A stretch of 64,000 nt of DNA from an uncultured Bacilli bacterium (GCA_947589435.1 CANQBI010000002.1:886-64885); one strand, 5' to 3'. Positions 47,679 to 57,860 are shown, counted from the stretch's first letter. The notes: a model not told the origin generated them from the letters alone. Translations and numbers: made by a program.

Positions 47679-48086
47679 ATGAATATGATATATGATTTAA
47701 AAATTTTAAATGGGGATTTAGAACTGCCTTTTAATGAATATACTTATAGTTACACCGTTAAAGTCAAAGAAGATGTAACTTCTTTAGAGTTTTCTTATAA
47801 ACTAGCCGAAGATACTTATGTGGAAATTAAAAATAATGAGTTAAATGAAAAAGACAGCATTGTTACCTTAGATGTTTATAATGTTAATGAAGATGTTTTA
47901 TATACTTTTTATGTATCCAAAGAGTCTTCAGAAGATGTATCGGGAATAGAAAACTATATGCATAGTTTAGAGGTAGGAAAAGATGAAGAATTAAATGTTT
48001 TAAATGTCCAATTATTGTCTTTGGGAGTATTCTTTTTAATTATTTTCTTTTTTGCTTTAATATTTAAAAGAAGTAAGAAAACTTAA
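47679..48086 (+). CDS. hypothetical protein with cadherin-like beta-sandwich segment and C-terminal TM anchor
   Basis: The segment reads L.ILNGDLELPFNEYTYSYTVKVKEDVTSLEF. The C-terminus is LLSLGVFFLIIFFFALIF followed by KRSKK. Confidence 0.45.
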   Translation: MNMIYDLKILNGDLELPFNEYTYSYTVKVKEDVTSLEFSYKLAEDTYVEIKNNELNEKDSIVTLDVYNVNEDVLYTFYVSKESSEDVSGIENYMHSLEVGKDEELNVLNVQLLSLGVFFLIIFFFALIFKRSKKT

Positions 48087-48141
48087 GACTTGTAATCTTA
48101 AAATTTTTCCTTTATAATATTCTTCATTAAGGAGGAAACTT

Positions 48142-48843
48142 ATGAAAGAGAAAGAAAAAATTGCTTTAAAAACAAGATTAAAAAGATTAGGATATCACGA
48201 TAGTAAAATTAAAATTATCTTAAGTATTGATGATAATTTACTTAAAAAATTATATTTAATTAGTAGTAATAAATCTTTATGTGAAAGTGTCGATACTATT
48301 TTTAATTTATATACCGAAATGCATGAAGATAATGATATTTATTTAAAAAATCTAGCGGAATATAAAAATAGATATTCTACTGAAGACTATGAAGAAGGCG
48401 TCAATTTATTAACATCTTTACATGGTTATAAAAAGAAACTTGCTTATCAAGTTTTAATTAATGAAGATTTAATGACCATGCAAAAGAATATCGAAAGTGT
48501 CCGTATTTTATTAATGGCTCATGATGAAATGCACGCTACTTTTGTTACTAATGTGCTTACGAATACAGAACTTATCATCTTAAATGTTTCTTTAGAAGTA
48601 GCCAGCATCCTCGTGGAGCCTTATAGTTTTGCGAATATTGAAGAATTAAGAGGAAAGTTAGATACTCCGGAAAAAGAACAATTATTTAAAAACACTTTAA
48701 AAACTTTACAAAATAGTTTAAGAGTATTTATCTCTAGCCCTGAAAAAGATATTAGATGTGCCTCTAAAGATTTAGATGATACTCTAAAAGATATTAAAGT
48801 ATTTATTATGAATGATGATTTAATTAAAACTAATTCTAAATAA
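48142..48843 (+). CDS. hypothetical protein
   Basis: It is a long ORF with an AAGGAGG RBS and no motif I recognise. Confidence 0.6.
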   Translation: MKEKEKIALKTRLKRLGYHDSKIKIILSIDDNLLKKLYLISSNKSLCESVDTIFNLYTEMHEDNDIYLKNLAEYKNRYSTEDYEEGVNLLTSLHGYKKKLAYQVLINEDLMTMQKNIESVRILLMAHDEMHATFVTNVLTNTELIILNVSLEVASILVEPYSFANIEELRGKLDTPEKEQLFKNTLKTLQNSLRVFISSPEKDIRCASKDLDDTLKDIKVFIMNDDLIKTNSK

Positions 48844-48869
48844 TAATATTACCTAGTATATTTTACTAG

Positions 48870-49469
48870 GTGATTTTTTTGGCTAAATTAATTAAACATC
48901 GGGGTGCATATTCCAAAGATATTAAAGAAAATACTTATGAAGCAATCAAAATGGCAATAGATGATTCTAAATACTTAGGAGTTGAATTTGATATAAGAGA
49001 AACTATCGATAACGAGTTTGTTGTCTTTCATAATCCTACTTTAAAAGGTAAATTAATAAGAGAATATAAATTTAATGAACTTCCCAAATATATTCCGCGA
49101 CTTAAAGATATTTTAAAAATTAAAACTAGTAAGATATTTTTAATTGAAATCAAGAATATTATGAGTTTTCCAAAGTTTTTAAATCTTTTAAAAAAGTTTA
49201 ATTATCAAAACATTTATGTTATGAGTTTTTCCAATGCCATAATTAATAAATGTTTAATAAAAAATAGAACTTATAAAGTAGGTATCTTAAATTATGTAAT
49301 AAACACCGAAGATAACTTAAGAGAATTAGATTTTGTCTGTATTTTAAATAATTTACTTAATGATAATTTAATTAAAAGTTTAAAGGATAAAGAAATTTTT
49401 TCTTATGGCCTATTAAGTGAAAATACGAATTATAAATATCCAAATGTTTACTATATTACGGAATATTAA
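48870..49469 (+). CDS. glycerophosphodiester phosphodiesterase-family protein
   Basis: The motif HRGAYSKDIKENTYEAIKMAI...GVEFDIRETIDNEFVVFHN is present. The exact start is uncertain. Confidence 0.6.
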   Translation: MIFLAKLIKHRGAYSKDIKENTYEAIKMAIDDSKYLGVEFDIRETIDNEFVVFHNPTLKGKLIREYKFNELPKYIPRLKDILKIKTSKIFLIEIKNIMSFPKFLNLLKKFNYQNIYVMSFSNAIINKCLIKNRTYKVGILNYVINTEDNLRELDFVCILNNLLNDNLIKSLKDKEIFSYGLLSENTNYKYPNVYYITEY

Positions 49470-49535
49470 GTAAAGTAAATACCATTTAACTACTAATTTT
49501 ATCTCTTTTATTGTATAATTTAAGTAGGTGATTAT

Positions 49536-50621
49536 ATGCGCTTAGTAATATCGGCTGGGGGAACTGGAGGACATATTTATCCCGCTCTAGCTATTTTAAA
49601 TAAATTTAAGGAACGTGAAAAAGATTTAGAAGTTTTATATATTGGAACTCATAACAGAATGGAAACGGAAATTGTGCCATCCCATAATATTCCTTTTAAA
49701 AGTATTAAAATCTATGGCTTTAGTAAAAATATTTTAAAAGATTTTAAAAATTGTTATTTAGTTATGAAGGCCTATTATGATGTTATTGATATCTTTAAAG
49801 AATTTAGGCCTGATGTGGTAATTGGAGTAGGTGGTTATGTTACCATGCCCGTTATTATGGCCGCGAAAAAATTAAAGATTAAATGCTATATTCATGAACA
49901 AAATAGTATTCCCGGGAAAACTAATAAATTTTTAAGTCGCGGAGTTAATGCCGTATTTACATCCTTCGAAGATAGTTCTAAGTATTTTCCCCAAAATATA
50001 AATATCGTTTACAGTGGTAATCCTTCTGGAGAAAATGCGGGAAGTATTAAAAGTATTCCCAAAACTTCTTTAGGTTTTAATAAAAACAAAAAATTAGTTT
50101 TAGTGGTCGCTGGTTCTTTAGGTAGTACTTCCCTAAATGCCAAAATGGTTGATTTTTTAAAACAATGTTCTAGTGTAGATTATGAAGTTTTATATATCAC
50201 AGGTAAATCTTCTTATGAAGAATTTAAGAAAAATAAATTTAGTAATAATGTTAAAGTCATTCCTTATTTAGATAATCTTTCATCCTTCTTTAAAAATTGT
50301 GATTTAATTATCAGTAGAGCTGGGGCTGGAGTTTTAAGTGAAATAGTCGATGCCAAAATTCCTTCTATTTTAATTCCATCCCCAAACGTTGCCAACAATC
50401 ATCAATATTATAATGCTTTATCCTTAGTTAATAAAAATGAAGCCTTAATGTTAGAAGAAAAAGATTTAACTAGCGATTCATTACTTGCGATGGTTAATGA
50501 TTTACTTAATAACAAAGAAAAGTATGATAAAATAAAAAATAATTTAAAAAGTGAAAAAACAATTTCCAGTAGTGAAGTTATTTATAACTATATTAAGGAG
50601 GACTTAAAAGATGTTAAGTGA
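49536..50621 (+). CDS. murG: UDP-GlcNAc:lipid I N-acetylglucosaminyltransferase MurG
   Basis: Motifs seen: ISAGGTGGHIYPALAI, GGYVTMP, SRAGAG. Confidence 0.93.
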   Translation: MRLVISAGGTGGHIYPALAILNKFKEREKDLEVLYIGTHNRMETEIVPSHNIPFKSIKIYGFSKNILKDFKNCYLVMKAYYDVIDIFKEFRPDVVIGVGGYVTMPVIMAAKKLKIKCYIHEQNSIPGKTNKFLSRGVNAVFTSFEDSSKYFPQNINIVYSGNPSGENAGSIKSIPKTSLGFNKNKKLVLVVAGSLGSTSLNAKMVDFLKQCSSVDYEVLYITGKSSYEEFKKNKFSNNVKVIPYLDNLSSFFKNCDLIISRAGAGVLSEIVDAKIPSILIPSPNVANNHQYYNALSLVNKNEALMLEEKDLTSDSLLAMVNDLLNNKEKYDKIKNNLKSEKTISSSEVIYNYIKEDLKDVK

Positions 50622-51486
50622 TTATGGCGAAGTTTTCGAAAATGTCTCTTTAGAAAATTATAATACTTATGGTATTAAAGTTAAAACAAAGTATTTAATT
50701 AAACCGGATACCATTAATCATGTTAAGGATTTAATTAATTATTTAGATAAAGAGGGTATGCCTTACTATTTATTAGGCAAAGGATCTAATGTGATTTTAC
50801 CCGATAATGATTTTGAAGGAGTCATAATTAGTTTAGAAAATTTAAATAAAATTACCATTGATGATTATATGGTTAAAGCGGAATGTGGTGTTATTTTAGG
50901 AAAACTTGTAAGAGAAGTTATTAATAATAATTTAAAAGGCTTAGAAACTTTAGGAACTATACCTGGTACTTTAGGGGGAGCCCTTTATGGTAATGCCTCA
51001 TTTTATAAAGATAAATCAATATATGATTATTTACTTTCCGTTTTAGTTTTAGAAGATAATGAACTTAAAGTAATTGAACGAAAAGATATTAAAATAGGAC
51101 ACAGGTATTCTAGTTTTAAAGAAAGAAAAGTAATATTGCTGGAAGCTACTTTTGAATTAGCCAAAGGTATAAAAGAAGAGATGGAAGAAGAAATAAAGAT
51201 ATGCCAAGAGAAAAGATTAAAAACTCAACCAACGGATAAAAGAAATGCCGGAAGTGTTTTTAAAAATCCGGAAGGGTATGCCGCGGGTAAGTTAATTCAG
51301 GATGCCCACCTTAAAGGATACACTATTGGCGGGGCTCAAGTATCGGAAAAACATGCTAATTTTATTGTAAATTTAGGAAATGCTACTAGCAAAGATATTA
51401 AAGATTTAATAAAAGTTATTAAAGAAAAAGTTTATGCAGAATTTAAAGTCAATTTAGAATTAGAACAAATAGTAATAGAATGGTGA
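50611..51486 (+). CDS. murB: UDP-N-acetylenolpyruvoylglucosamine reductase MurB
   Basis: Motifs seen: LGKGSNV, AGSVFKNP, GGAQVSEKHANFIVN. The gene ends in TGA. Confidence 0.93.
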   Translation: MLSDYGEVFENVSLENYNTYGIKVKTKYLIKPDTINHVKDLINYLDKEGMPYYLLGKGSNVILPDNDFEGVIISLENLNKITIDDYMVKAECGVILGKLVREVINNNLKGLETLGTIPGTLGGALYGNASFYKDKSIYDYLLSVLVLEDNELKVIERKDIKIGHRYSSFKERKVILLEATFELAKGIKEEMEEEIKICQEKRLKTQPTDKRNAGSVFKNPEGYAAGKLIQDAHLKGYTIGGAQVSEKHANFIVNLGNATSKDIKDLIKVIKEKVYAEFKVNLELEQIVIEW

Positions 51487-51493
51487 AAAAATT

Positions 51494-52252
51494 ATGGAAA
51501 ACAAGAAGAAAAAAAGAAAATTAAAATTTAAAGGAATAATTTTAATCGTATTCTTTCTTTTTCTCATTTTTTTGTTTTTCTATTATTTATGGACTTTACC
51601 TATTAAAAATATTGAAATAAAAGGAAATACTTATTTAAAAGATAATGAGATTATTAGTATGTTACCCCTAAAAGGAAAATCCGTCCTTAATGTTAGCAGG
51701 AGGAAAATAAAACAAACTTTACTTAATTCAGAAATAATTAGTGAAGTAAAAATTCATAAAAATTATTTTGGGACATTGACTATTACCGTTAAAGAAGAAA
51801 ATATTTTATTCTATAATTTAAATACCCAAAAAGTTATTTTATCTAGTGGAAGAGAAGTAGATTACTTAGATTCCTTCTTGGGAGTTCCCACTTTAATTAA
51901 TTATGTTCCTGATGAAATATATAAAGAATTTGTGCAAAAACTTAAAATAATTAATCCGGAAGTATTAAGTAAAGTTAGTGAAATAGAATATAGTCCTTCC
52001 AAAATTAATGATAAAATTATTGATGATAAAAGATTTTTATTTCGGATGAATGATGGTAATACGGTTTATATAAATACGATTAATATTGAAAAATTTAATA
52101 ACTATTTAGAAATATATGAAGTAATTGCTAATAAAAATAATGGCGAAGTTAAAGGATGCTTATATTTAGATAGTAATAGTGAAAATAATCACTTTAATAA
52201 ATGTGAAGAAGAAGTAGTAAATCCACCAGAAGGAGAACAGCCAAATGAATGA
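51494..52252 (+). CDS. divIB: cell division protein DivIB/FtsQ
   Basis: An N-terminal TM is followed by a POTRA-like IKNIEIKGNTYLKDNEIISML. The gene follows murG-murB. Confidence 0.8.
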   Translation: MENKKKKRKLKFKGIILIVFFLFLIFLFFYYLWTLPIKNIEIKGNTYLKDNEIISMLPLKGKSVLNVSRRKIKQTLLNSEIISEVKIHKNYFGTLTITVKEENILFYNLNTQKVILSSGREVDYLDSFLGVPTLINYVPDEIYKEFVQKLKIINPEVLSKVSEIEYSPSKINDKIIDDKRFLFRMNDGNTVYINTINIEKFNNYLEIYEVIANKNNGEVKGCLYLDSNSENNHFNKCEEEVVNPPEGEQPNE

Positions 52253-52859
52253 GAGAATTAATTATGATAAAAAATTAGAAAGCATTATTGAAAGTTTAGA
52301 GGGAAGACCTAAACTCCTTTTACATAGTTGTTGTGGTCCTTGTTCTAGTTATGTTATTACTTATTTAAAAGATTATTTTGATATTACGGTTCTTTATTAT
52401 AATCCAAATATTGAACCAAAAAGTGAATACGAGAAAAGAAAGGCCGAACAAATAAGATTAATTAAAGAACTAAATTTACCAAATGTAAAATTAAAGGATA
52501 TTGATTATGAAAATGAGAAATATCGCGAAGTAATTGTGGGACATGAAAAAGATAAAGAGGGTGGCAATCGTTGCCACATTTGTTATAATTTAAGACTGGA
52601 AAAATGTGCCGAGATAGCTAAAAGTGAGGGTTATGATTATTTTGGAACTACTTTAACAGTAAGTCCTTATAAAAATGCCCAAGTTTTAAATGAACTAGGA
52701 GAAGAGTTAGAACGAAAATACCAAGTAAAATGGTTATATAGTGATTTTAAGAAAAAAGATGGTTATAAAAAAAGTATTGAATTATCTAAAGAATATAATT
52801 TGTATCGCCAAGATTATTGCGGTTGTGAATTTAGTAATTATCATCATATTGAAGAATAG
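52245..52859 (+). CDS. queH: epoxyqueuosine reductase QueH (DUF208)
   Basis: Motifs seen: LLLHSCCGPCSSY, CHICY, DYCGCEFS. Confidence 0.85.
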   Translation: MNERINYDKKLESIIESLEGRPKLLLHSCCGPCSSYVITYLKDYFDITVLYYNPNIEPKSEYEKRKAEQIRLIKELNLPNVKLKDIDYENEKYREVIVGHEKDKEGGNRCHICYNLRLEKCAEIAKSEGYDYFGTTLTVSPYKNAQVLNELGEELERKYQVKWLYSDFKKKDGYKKSIELSKEYNLYRQDYCGCEFSNYHHIEE

Positions 52860-52941
52860 TTAAATATAGTTTGGTTGAAAAATATAGATTTTTCATCTTT
52901 TTTTTGCTATAATAACGGAATTATTTGAAAGAAGTGATTGG

Positions 52942-54183
52942 ATGAAATTACCAAATATTGAAAGACATAGTTTCGTTGATGCAATAGATAGTGACATTTC
53001 AAAAAAGCGTTTAGAAGAAATAAAAAGAGTTAATTTAATTAAGAGTCAGTTTAGTTTAAATGATATGCCTATTTTATGTACTCCGGATTTATTAGAAGAA
53101 AATATTGAAAAAATAAAAATATGGTTTCAAGATGGGGGTAGAATTAAACAATATAGTAAAATAACTCCATTTAAAAGTGGTTTATCAGTTGTAACATTAA
53201 AGGATTTAAATGTTAATAAATTTTTTTGTGATGTTGTTGATAAAATTGGCGTTATAAATGAAGAGGGTACAGAAATAATCCCATGTTCAACTCAATTTAA
53301 AGATATTGTCATTTTAAATGAAAATTTAATTAGAGTTCAAAATCATGACGATAGTTACAGTTTGTTTTCCCTATTAACTGGTAAAGAATTAGAACCTAAG
53401 AAATTATATTACCTTGATGCTGATTTTCATGACGGTTTATTAGTGGGTTTAGTAAATTCTCCTAAAGTTAATACTGATTATGAGTCTTCTCAATCTAATT
53501 TGTATGTTTATTTTGATGAATATGGAAATATTGCTTTATCCTCTAATAATTATGCTCTTATGGGTCAATTTAAAGGCGGTTTAGCCATTGCTTCTTCTGA
53601 AAAATGTATTTCTCCTTGTCCTTATATTTCTCAAGAACATATATTTATTAAAAGACCAGATAATTCCTATTACAGGATTCCTGAGTTTGCTCCTTATGAG
53701 TATATGTATGAATATCATAAATATTTGATAAATAAAAAGGGTGAAAAAGTTAAAGACTTGGGTACAGAAATTGTTGGGGCAGAGAATAATTTATCAGCGC
53801 GACGTGATAGTTCTTCTTTGATAAAAGATATTATTTTTACCTCTGATTTTCCTAAAGAATTTAATAAAAATATTATGGGTGATTTAAAATTTTCTTTAGT
53901 TAAAAAGAAAGAATCTTTACCTAAGGGAAGAACAGAAGATTTAAGAACTTATATTTTAAATAATGGTTATAATCCAGAAAAAGAAATAGAAAAAACCATT
54001 GAAAAAGTTATATATTTAACTAATAATTGGGAAGAAATAATTGAATATATTGATTATAATGATGATGTTACAATAAAAGAAATTCATAGTCAAAAAGTCC
54101 CTTATATTTATTATTTAAATAGAGATAGTTATAAGTTAGATAGAGGCTATGTTTATACTTCAGATAAAGGTTTATTAAAATAG
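52942..54183 (+). CDS. WG-repeat-like hypothetical protein
   Basis: Repeat-like segments are IGVINEEGTEIIPCSTQFKDIVILNENLIRV, FHDGLLVG, YFDEYGNIALSSNNYALMGQFKGGLAIAS. Confidence 0.45.
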   Translation: MKLPNIERHSFVDAIDSDISKKRLEEIKRVNLIKSQFSLNDMPILCTPDLLEENIEKIKIWFQDGGRIKQYSKITPFKSGLSVVTLKDLNVNKFFCDVVDKIGVINEEGTEIIPCSTQFKDIVILNENLIRVQNHDDSYSLFSLLTGKELEPKKLYYLDADFHDGLLVGLVNSPKVNTDYESSQSNLYVYFDEYGNIALSSNNYALMGQFKGGLAIASSEKCISPCPYISQEHIFIKRPDNSYYRIPEFAPYEYMYEYHKYLINKKGEKVKDLGTEIVGAENNLSARRDSSSLIKDIIFTSDFPKEFNKNIMGDLKFSLVKKKESLPKGRTEDLRTYILNNGYNPEKEIEKTIEKVIYLTNNWEEIIEYIDYNDDVTIKEIHSQKVPYIYYLNRDSYKLDRGYVYTSDKGLLK

Positions 54184-54207
54184 TAATATATATGAATAAA
54201 TTAAATT

Positions 54208-54244
54208 AAAAATAACAGAATGTTAAAAATCTGTTATTTTTTTT
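54208..54244. terminator. bidirectional terminator
   Basis: The stem AAAAATAACAG / CTGTTATTTTT has flanking A/T runs. The stop of the XRE gene lies in the right arm. Confidence 0.75.
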
Positions 54245-54467
54245 CGTTGGTAATAATTATTTTTAAATTATGTTTTTTGGCAATATCCATTAACGTTTCA
54301 AAATAGAATCTATTAGAGCCACTTTCAATTTTTTTAATGCCATGATAACTTTTTCTGTTTAATTCATTAGCCAACTCAGTTTGGGTAAGTCCTGTATATT
54401 CTCTTACCATTCTAAATACTTCTTTTGGTTCATAATCATTTGCAACTATTCTCATTTTATCACTCAT
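54234..54467 (-). CDS. XRE-family helix-turn-helix regulator
   Basis: The HTH is VREYTGLTQTELANELNRKSYHGIKKIESG. It is divergent from cassette 2. Confidence 0.8.
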   Translation of the reverse strand: MSDKMRIVANDYEPKEVFRMVREYTGLTQTELANELNRKSYHGIKKIESGSNRFYFETLMDIAKKHNLKIIITNEKK

Positions 54468-54473
54468 TTCAAG

Positions 54474-54566
54474 ACCTATTTTAATATATAAATAGAACCT
54501 ATTAGTTAAAATAGTACTTGACAGTTCCTATTTAAAATATTATTATAATAATAGATACTAATAGGT
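54474..54566. promoter_or_regulatory. operator-like repeats (A/T)CCTATT x3 plus inverted AATAGGT around the cassette 2 promoter
   Basis: The copies are ACCTATT at 54474 and 54497, TCCTATT at 54527, and inverted AATAGGT at 54560. ACCTATTAG (54497-54505) and CTAATAGGT (54558-54566) form a 9-bp inverted pair. Confidence 0.5.
54518..54546 (+). promoter_or_regulatory. promoter of cassette 2
   Basis: TTGACA, 17-nt spacer, TATTAT. The architecture matches the cassette 1 promoter. Confidence 0.55.
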
Positions 54567-54587
54567 ACTATAGAATGTGTCCAATTT

Positions 54588-54607
54588 AATATCGGTATTA
54601 GCAACAT
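54588..54607 (+). promoter_or_regulatory. conserved leader motif copy 3: AATATCGGTATTAGCAACAT
   Basis: It lies about 35 nt downstream of the predicted transcription start, as in cassette 1. Confidence 0.45.
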
Positions 54608-55324
54608 ATGAAAGGATGTGATAGTTTGATAAGAGAAAAATTAAAAAATGTGAGGTATAAAAAAGAAATAATAGCAATTATAGTTCTTGTTATTTTTGCA
54701 ACCGTTATTATCACTTTAAGAGGAACCCATGCTTATTATAATTATGAGATGGCCCCAGTTCCTATATTTACAGGCAGGGTAGGAAACTTTAGTGGTAAAG
54801 GTGACACCTCAAATTTAGATAAACCAACAGATGTTAATTTAATGTTTTATGTTCAAGATATAACAAATCCAAAAAATTACACTATCATGGATGGTCCACC
54901 TGTATTGGTATCAGGATATATTATTAGTGACAAAAAAAGCAATTGTATACCAGTTAATGGAACATACGATAAGATTGATGATAAAGTATATTCTATTTCT
55001 GAAGACGGAACAGTAACAGTTAAAATAAGTCAAAGTAAACCAAATCAAGTTGTTTGTCGAATTTATTACGATTATGAAAAAGATTTAACAAAAGAAGATA
55101 TTATAGTTTTTGCTTTAAAAGAAGATGATTTAGGAATGATTATTTATAATGACAAACATTATATAATGAGCGAAACTATACCTAGTACTGGTTTTACTTA
55201 TAATGGCTCAAACTGTAGTAATACAGAAATAGCAACTGAAATTAACTATAATACTACAAATGGGTTTACTTTTAAAACTGAAGGTCCAAATTTATGCTAT
55301 GCCTATTTTAATAAAACAAATTAA
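54608..55324 (+). CDS. cassette 2 protein A2: secreted protein with TasA/camelysin-like (SipW-type) signal-peptide motif
   Basis: The n-region and TM are KKEIIAIIVLVIFATVIITL, followed by RGTHAYYNYEMAPVPIFTGRVGNF. It has two Cys-bracketed modules and the C-terminus GPNLCYAYF. The true start may be the in-frame TTG at 54626, 9 nt after AAAGGA. Confidence 0.7.
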   Translation: MKGCDSLIREKLKNVRYKKEIIAIIVLVIFATVIITLRGTHAYYNYEMAPVPIFTGRVGNFSGKGDTSNLDKPTDVNLMFYVQDITNPKNYTIMDGPPVLVSGYIISDKKSNCIPVNGTYDKIDDKVYSISEDGTVTVKISQSKPNQVVCRIYYDYEKDLTKEDIIVFALKEDDLGMIIYNDKHYIMSETIPSTGFTYNGSNCSNTEIATEINYNTTNGFTFKTEGPNLCYAYFNKTN

Positions 55325-55336
55325 GGAGATGAAATA

Positions 55337-56614
55337 ATGAAGAAAGAAGTATATTTAAGAGTTATAATAATTGCTTTGGTATTATTATCGTGTTATGAAA
55401 GTTATGAGTATTTTTGTGATTTAAGAGTTTCTAATAAGGTATTTGAAGATGTTAAACAAGTAGAGGCTTTTAATGATAAGGAGAAAGCACTAACAATAAT
55501 GATTCAAAATGATGATGATTACGATTATCATGAAGCTCCAGATAGAAGTAAATGGCCAAGTTATACAGAATATACATATGCGGGAACAAAATGTGAAGAT
55601 GCATCAGGTAATAACATAGAAAATACTAGACAGTATGTGCAATTTGATGAATTAAGTAATATGGCAACAATTACCACAAAAAAAACTATATACTGTACTT
55701 TGTATTTTTCAAAAGGACGTCCAGCAGCTGAAGTATTGCCTAAGAATGCCGTAGGTGGAAACGGAGTAACAGTATTTACAGAAAATGATGTAGATGGCCT
55801 ATACAGATTTGCTGGTACATATACAGAAGTTAACAATAATTTTCTTTGTTTTGGCGCAGTAACAAATCTAGAAGAATGTGTAAGTTCCACTGGTAATAAA
55901 AATAAATATCTTTATAGAATAATTGGAATAGTAAGTAAAGATGATGATACTTTAGGTCTAAAAAAAGGTCAAATGAAAATAATTCGTGCAAATTATTCAA
56001 GAAGCGGATCAAATATTTGGGCTAATACTGGTGATCCAGTAAATTTAGATTGGGAACAAACTATTGGTACTTTATACAATGTTACGTCTTTTTATAATAG
56101 TTTAGATCAAAAATTAAAAAATTTAATAACAACTCAATATTGGTATAAAGGAGATATAAAAAATGATCCTCCAACAACACAACCGAAAATTCGCACATCA
56201 AAACAATATTCAGCAGGTTTAATGTATGCTAGTGATTATGTTAATTCTTGTCCAACAGGTGTAAAAACTTATGGTAGTAAATGTTATTGGTATCAAAAAC
56301 CTATTCCTAGTTGGTTACATTTAAGTCATGGACATTCGAATGTTAGTCTTGGTCAATACTATAGAGAATTGACCAAGACACATTATGGTAGTTATACTAA
56401 CTCATATACGTACATGGTGGAATACCATCATTGGGAAATATCTGCTGATTCTGATTATGATGATGGCCAATTAGTTTTTAATGATGATCGAAATTGCGAT
56501 GTAGGTACTTATATACGACCCGTTTTTTACCTTGATGCCTCTGTTCCTATTGCTGGTTTTGGTACAGAACAAAGTCCATATATTATTACAAGTATTGCTG
56601 GACCACAAGGATAA
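55337..56614 (+). CDS. cassette 2 protein B2: membrane-anchored surface protein
   Basis: It is a paralogue of B1. Shared motifs are SNKVFEDVK, IMIQND, DRSKWP, IYCTLYF, GLYRF.GTY, NKYLYRIIG, GLMYASDY, SWLHLS, RPVFYL, GFGTEQSPYIITS. Confidence 0.75.
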   Translation: MKKEVYLRVIIIALVLLSCYESYEYFCDLRVSNKVFEDVKQVEAFNDKEKALTIMIQNDDDYDYHEAPDRSKWPSYTEYTYAGTKCEDASGNNIENTRQYVQFDELSNMATITTKKTIYCTLYFSKGRPAAEVLPKNAVGGNGVTVFTENDVDGLYRFAGTYTEVNNNFLCFGAVTNLEECVSSTGNKNKYLYRIIGIVSKDDDTLGLKKGQMKIIRANYSRSGSNIWANTGDPVNLDWEQTIGTLYNVTSFYNSLDQKLKNLITTQYWYKGDIKNDPPTTQPKIRTSKQYSAGLMYASDYVNSCPTGVKTYGSKCYWYQKPIPSWLHLSHGHSNVSLGQYYRELTKTHYGSYTNSYTYMVEYHHWEISADSDYDDGQLVFNDDRNCDVGTYIRPVFYLDASVPIAGFGTEQSPYIITSIAGPQG

Positions 56615-56829
56615 TAAAAAATATACACATTCAAAAAAGCGGGAACTTTCAATTTTATTTTAAGAATTTGATAATTTCGCTTGTTTTAATGCATATAATT
56701 TGATAAAATACTATTGGCTATTTAAGTCAAATATACATTAATATTTAGCCTGCGCCTAGTGCTTATTAATAATAAGTGGTAATGGTATTAAATATTAAGA
56801 AGAGAAAACGAAAGGAAGAGTGATTATTT

Positions 56830-57840
56830 ATGGCCGTAGTTTCTATGAGTTATTTATTAGAAGCTGGAGTTCATTTTGGACATCAAACTAAAAGATGGAA
56901 TCCAAAAATGAAAGAATATATCTTTACAGCAAGAGAAGATATATATATTATTGACTTGCAAAAAACCAAAGCATTACTTGAGGATGCTTACAATGTAGTA
57001 AAAGAAATTGCTACTAATGGAGGAAAGTTCTTATTTGTGGGAACTAAAAAACAAGCTCAAGAAGTTTGTGTAGAAGAAGCTACTAGAAGTAAATCTTACT
57101 ATGTAACGGAAAGATGGTTAGGAGGAACTCTTACTAACTTTAGAACAATTAGAAAAAGAGTTAAAAGACTAGAAGAAATTGAAGAAATGGAAACTTCAGG
57201 TAAATTTGAAGTATTACCTAAAAAAGAAGTTATTGGTCTTAAAAAAGAATATGATAAATTAAATCGTATTTTAAGTGGTATTAGAGATATGGATAAATTA
57301 CCACAAGCGTTAATTGTTGTAGATCCTAAGAAAGAATACAATGCTGTTAAAGAAGCAAGAAAATTAAAAATACCGGTATTTGGTATAGTAGACACTAATG
57401 GAGATCCTGATGATGTAGATTATGTTATCCCAGGAAATGACGATGCTGTTCGCTCTATTAAAGTTATGCTTGGTGTCTTAAATAACGCTATTTGTGAAGC
57501 AAATGGTCTAGAAATGGTTGATTATGTAACAGAAGAAGATAAAAAAGGTTCTGCTAAAGAAGAAAAAATGGAAGATTTAATTAAAACTAGTGATTTTGAT
57601 AAATCTAAAAAAGATGATTTAGCACCTGAAGTACCAGTTAAAGAATTTAAACATAAAGATAAAAAAGAATTCAAAAATAAAGAAGAAAAACATGAAGATA
57701 CTCCTAAAAAGGAAGTAAAAGAAGAAAAAGTTGATTTAAATTCTAAAACTTTAGCGGAATTAAAAACTATGGCTAAAGAAGCTGGAATTAAAGGTTACAG
57801 TTCAATGAAAAAAGATGAATTAATTAGTAATTTAAAATAA
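56830..57840 (+). CDS. rpsB: 30S ribosomal protein S2 with ~100-aa K/E-rich C-terminal extension ending in a Rho_N/SAP-like motif
   Basis: The S2 core runs [19 protein letters not shown]...VDTN.DPD. The extension spans 57535-57840. Its last residues are [31 protein letters not shown]. Confidence 0.95.
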   Translation: MAVVSMSYLLEAGVHFGHQTKRWNPKMKEYIFTAREDIYIIDLQKTKALLEDAYNVVKEIATNGGKFLFVGTKKQAQEVCVEEATRSKSYYVTERWLGGTLTNFRTIRKRVKRLEEIEEMETSGKFEVLPKKEVIGLKKEYDKLNRILSGIRDMDKLPQALIVVDPKKEYNAVKEARKLKIPVFGIVDTNGDPDDVDYVIPGNDDAVRSIKVMLGVLNNAICEANGLEMVDYVTEEDKKGSAKEEKMEDLIKTSDFDKSKKDDLAPEVPVKEFKHKDKKEFKNKEEKHEDTPKKEVKEEKVDLNSKTLAELKTMAKEAGIKGYSSMKKDELISNLK

Positions 57841-57860
57841 TAAAAAGGAGGGAAAATATT

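Noticed and set aside
51484-51486. Possible use of the Mollicutes code (TGA = Trp), given the very low GC content.
   Set aside because: Trp is consistently TGG in conserved positions. TGA ends murB at the expected length, with the next gene starting 8 nt later. All conserved proteins translate at full length with code 11.
56615-56829. The 215-bp rpsB leader, with a GC-richer patch AGCCTGCGCCTAGTGC, considered as a riboswitch or S2 autoregulatory structure.
   Set aside because: I found only short, ambiguous pairings and no motif I can name. There is not enough evidence to call it without covariance analysis.
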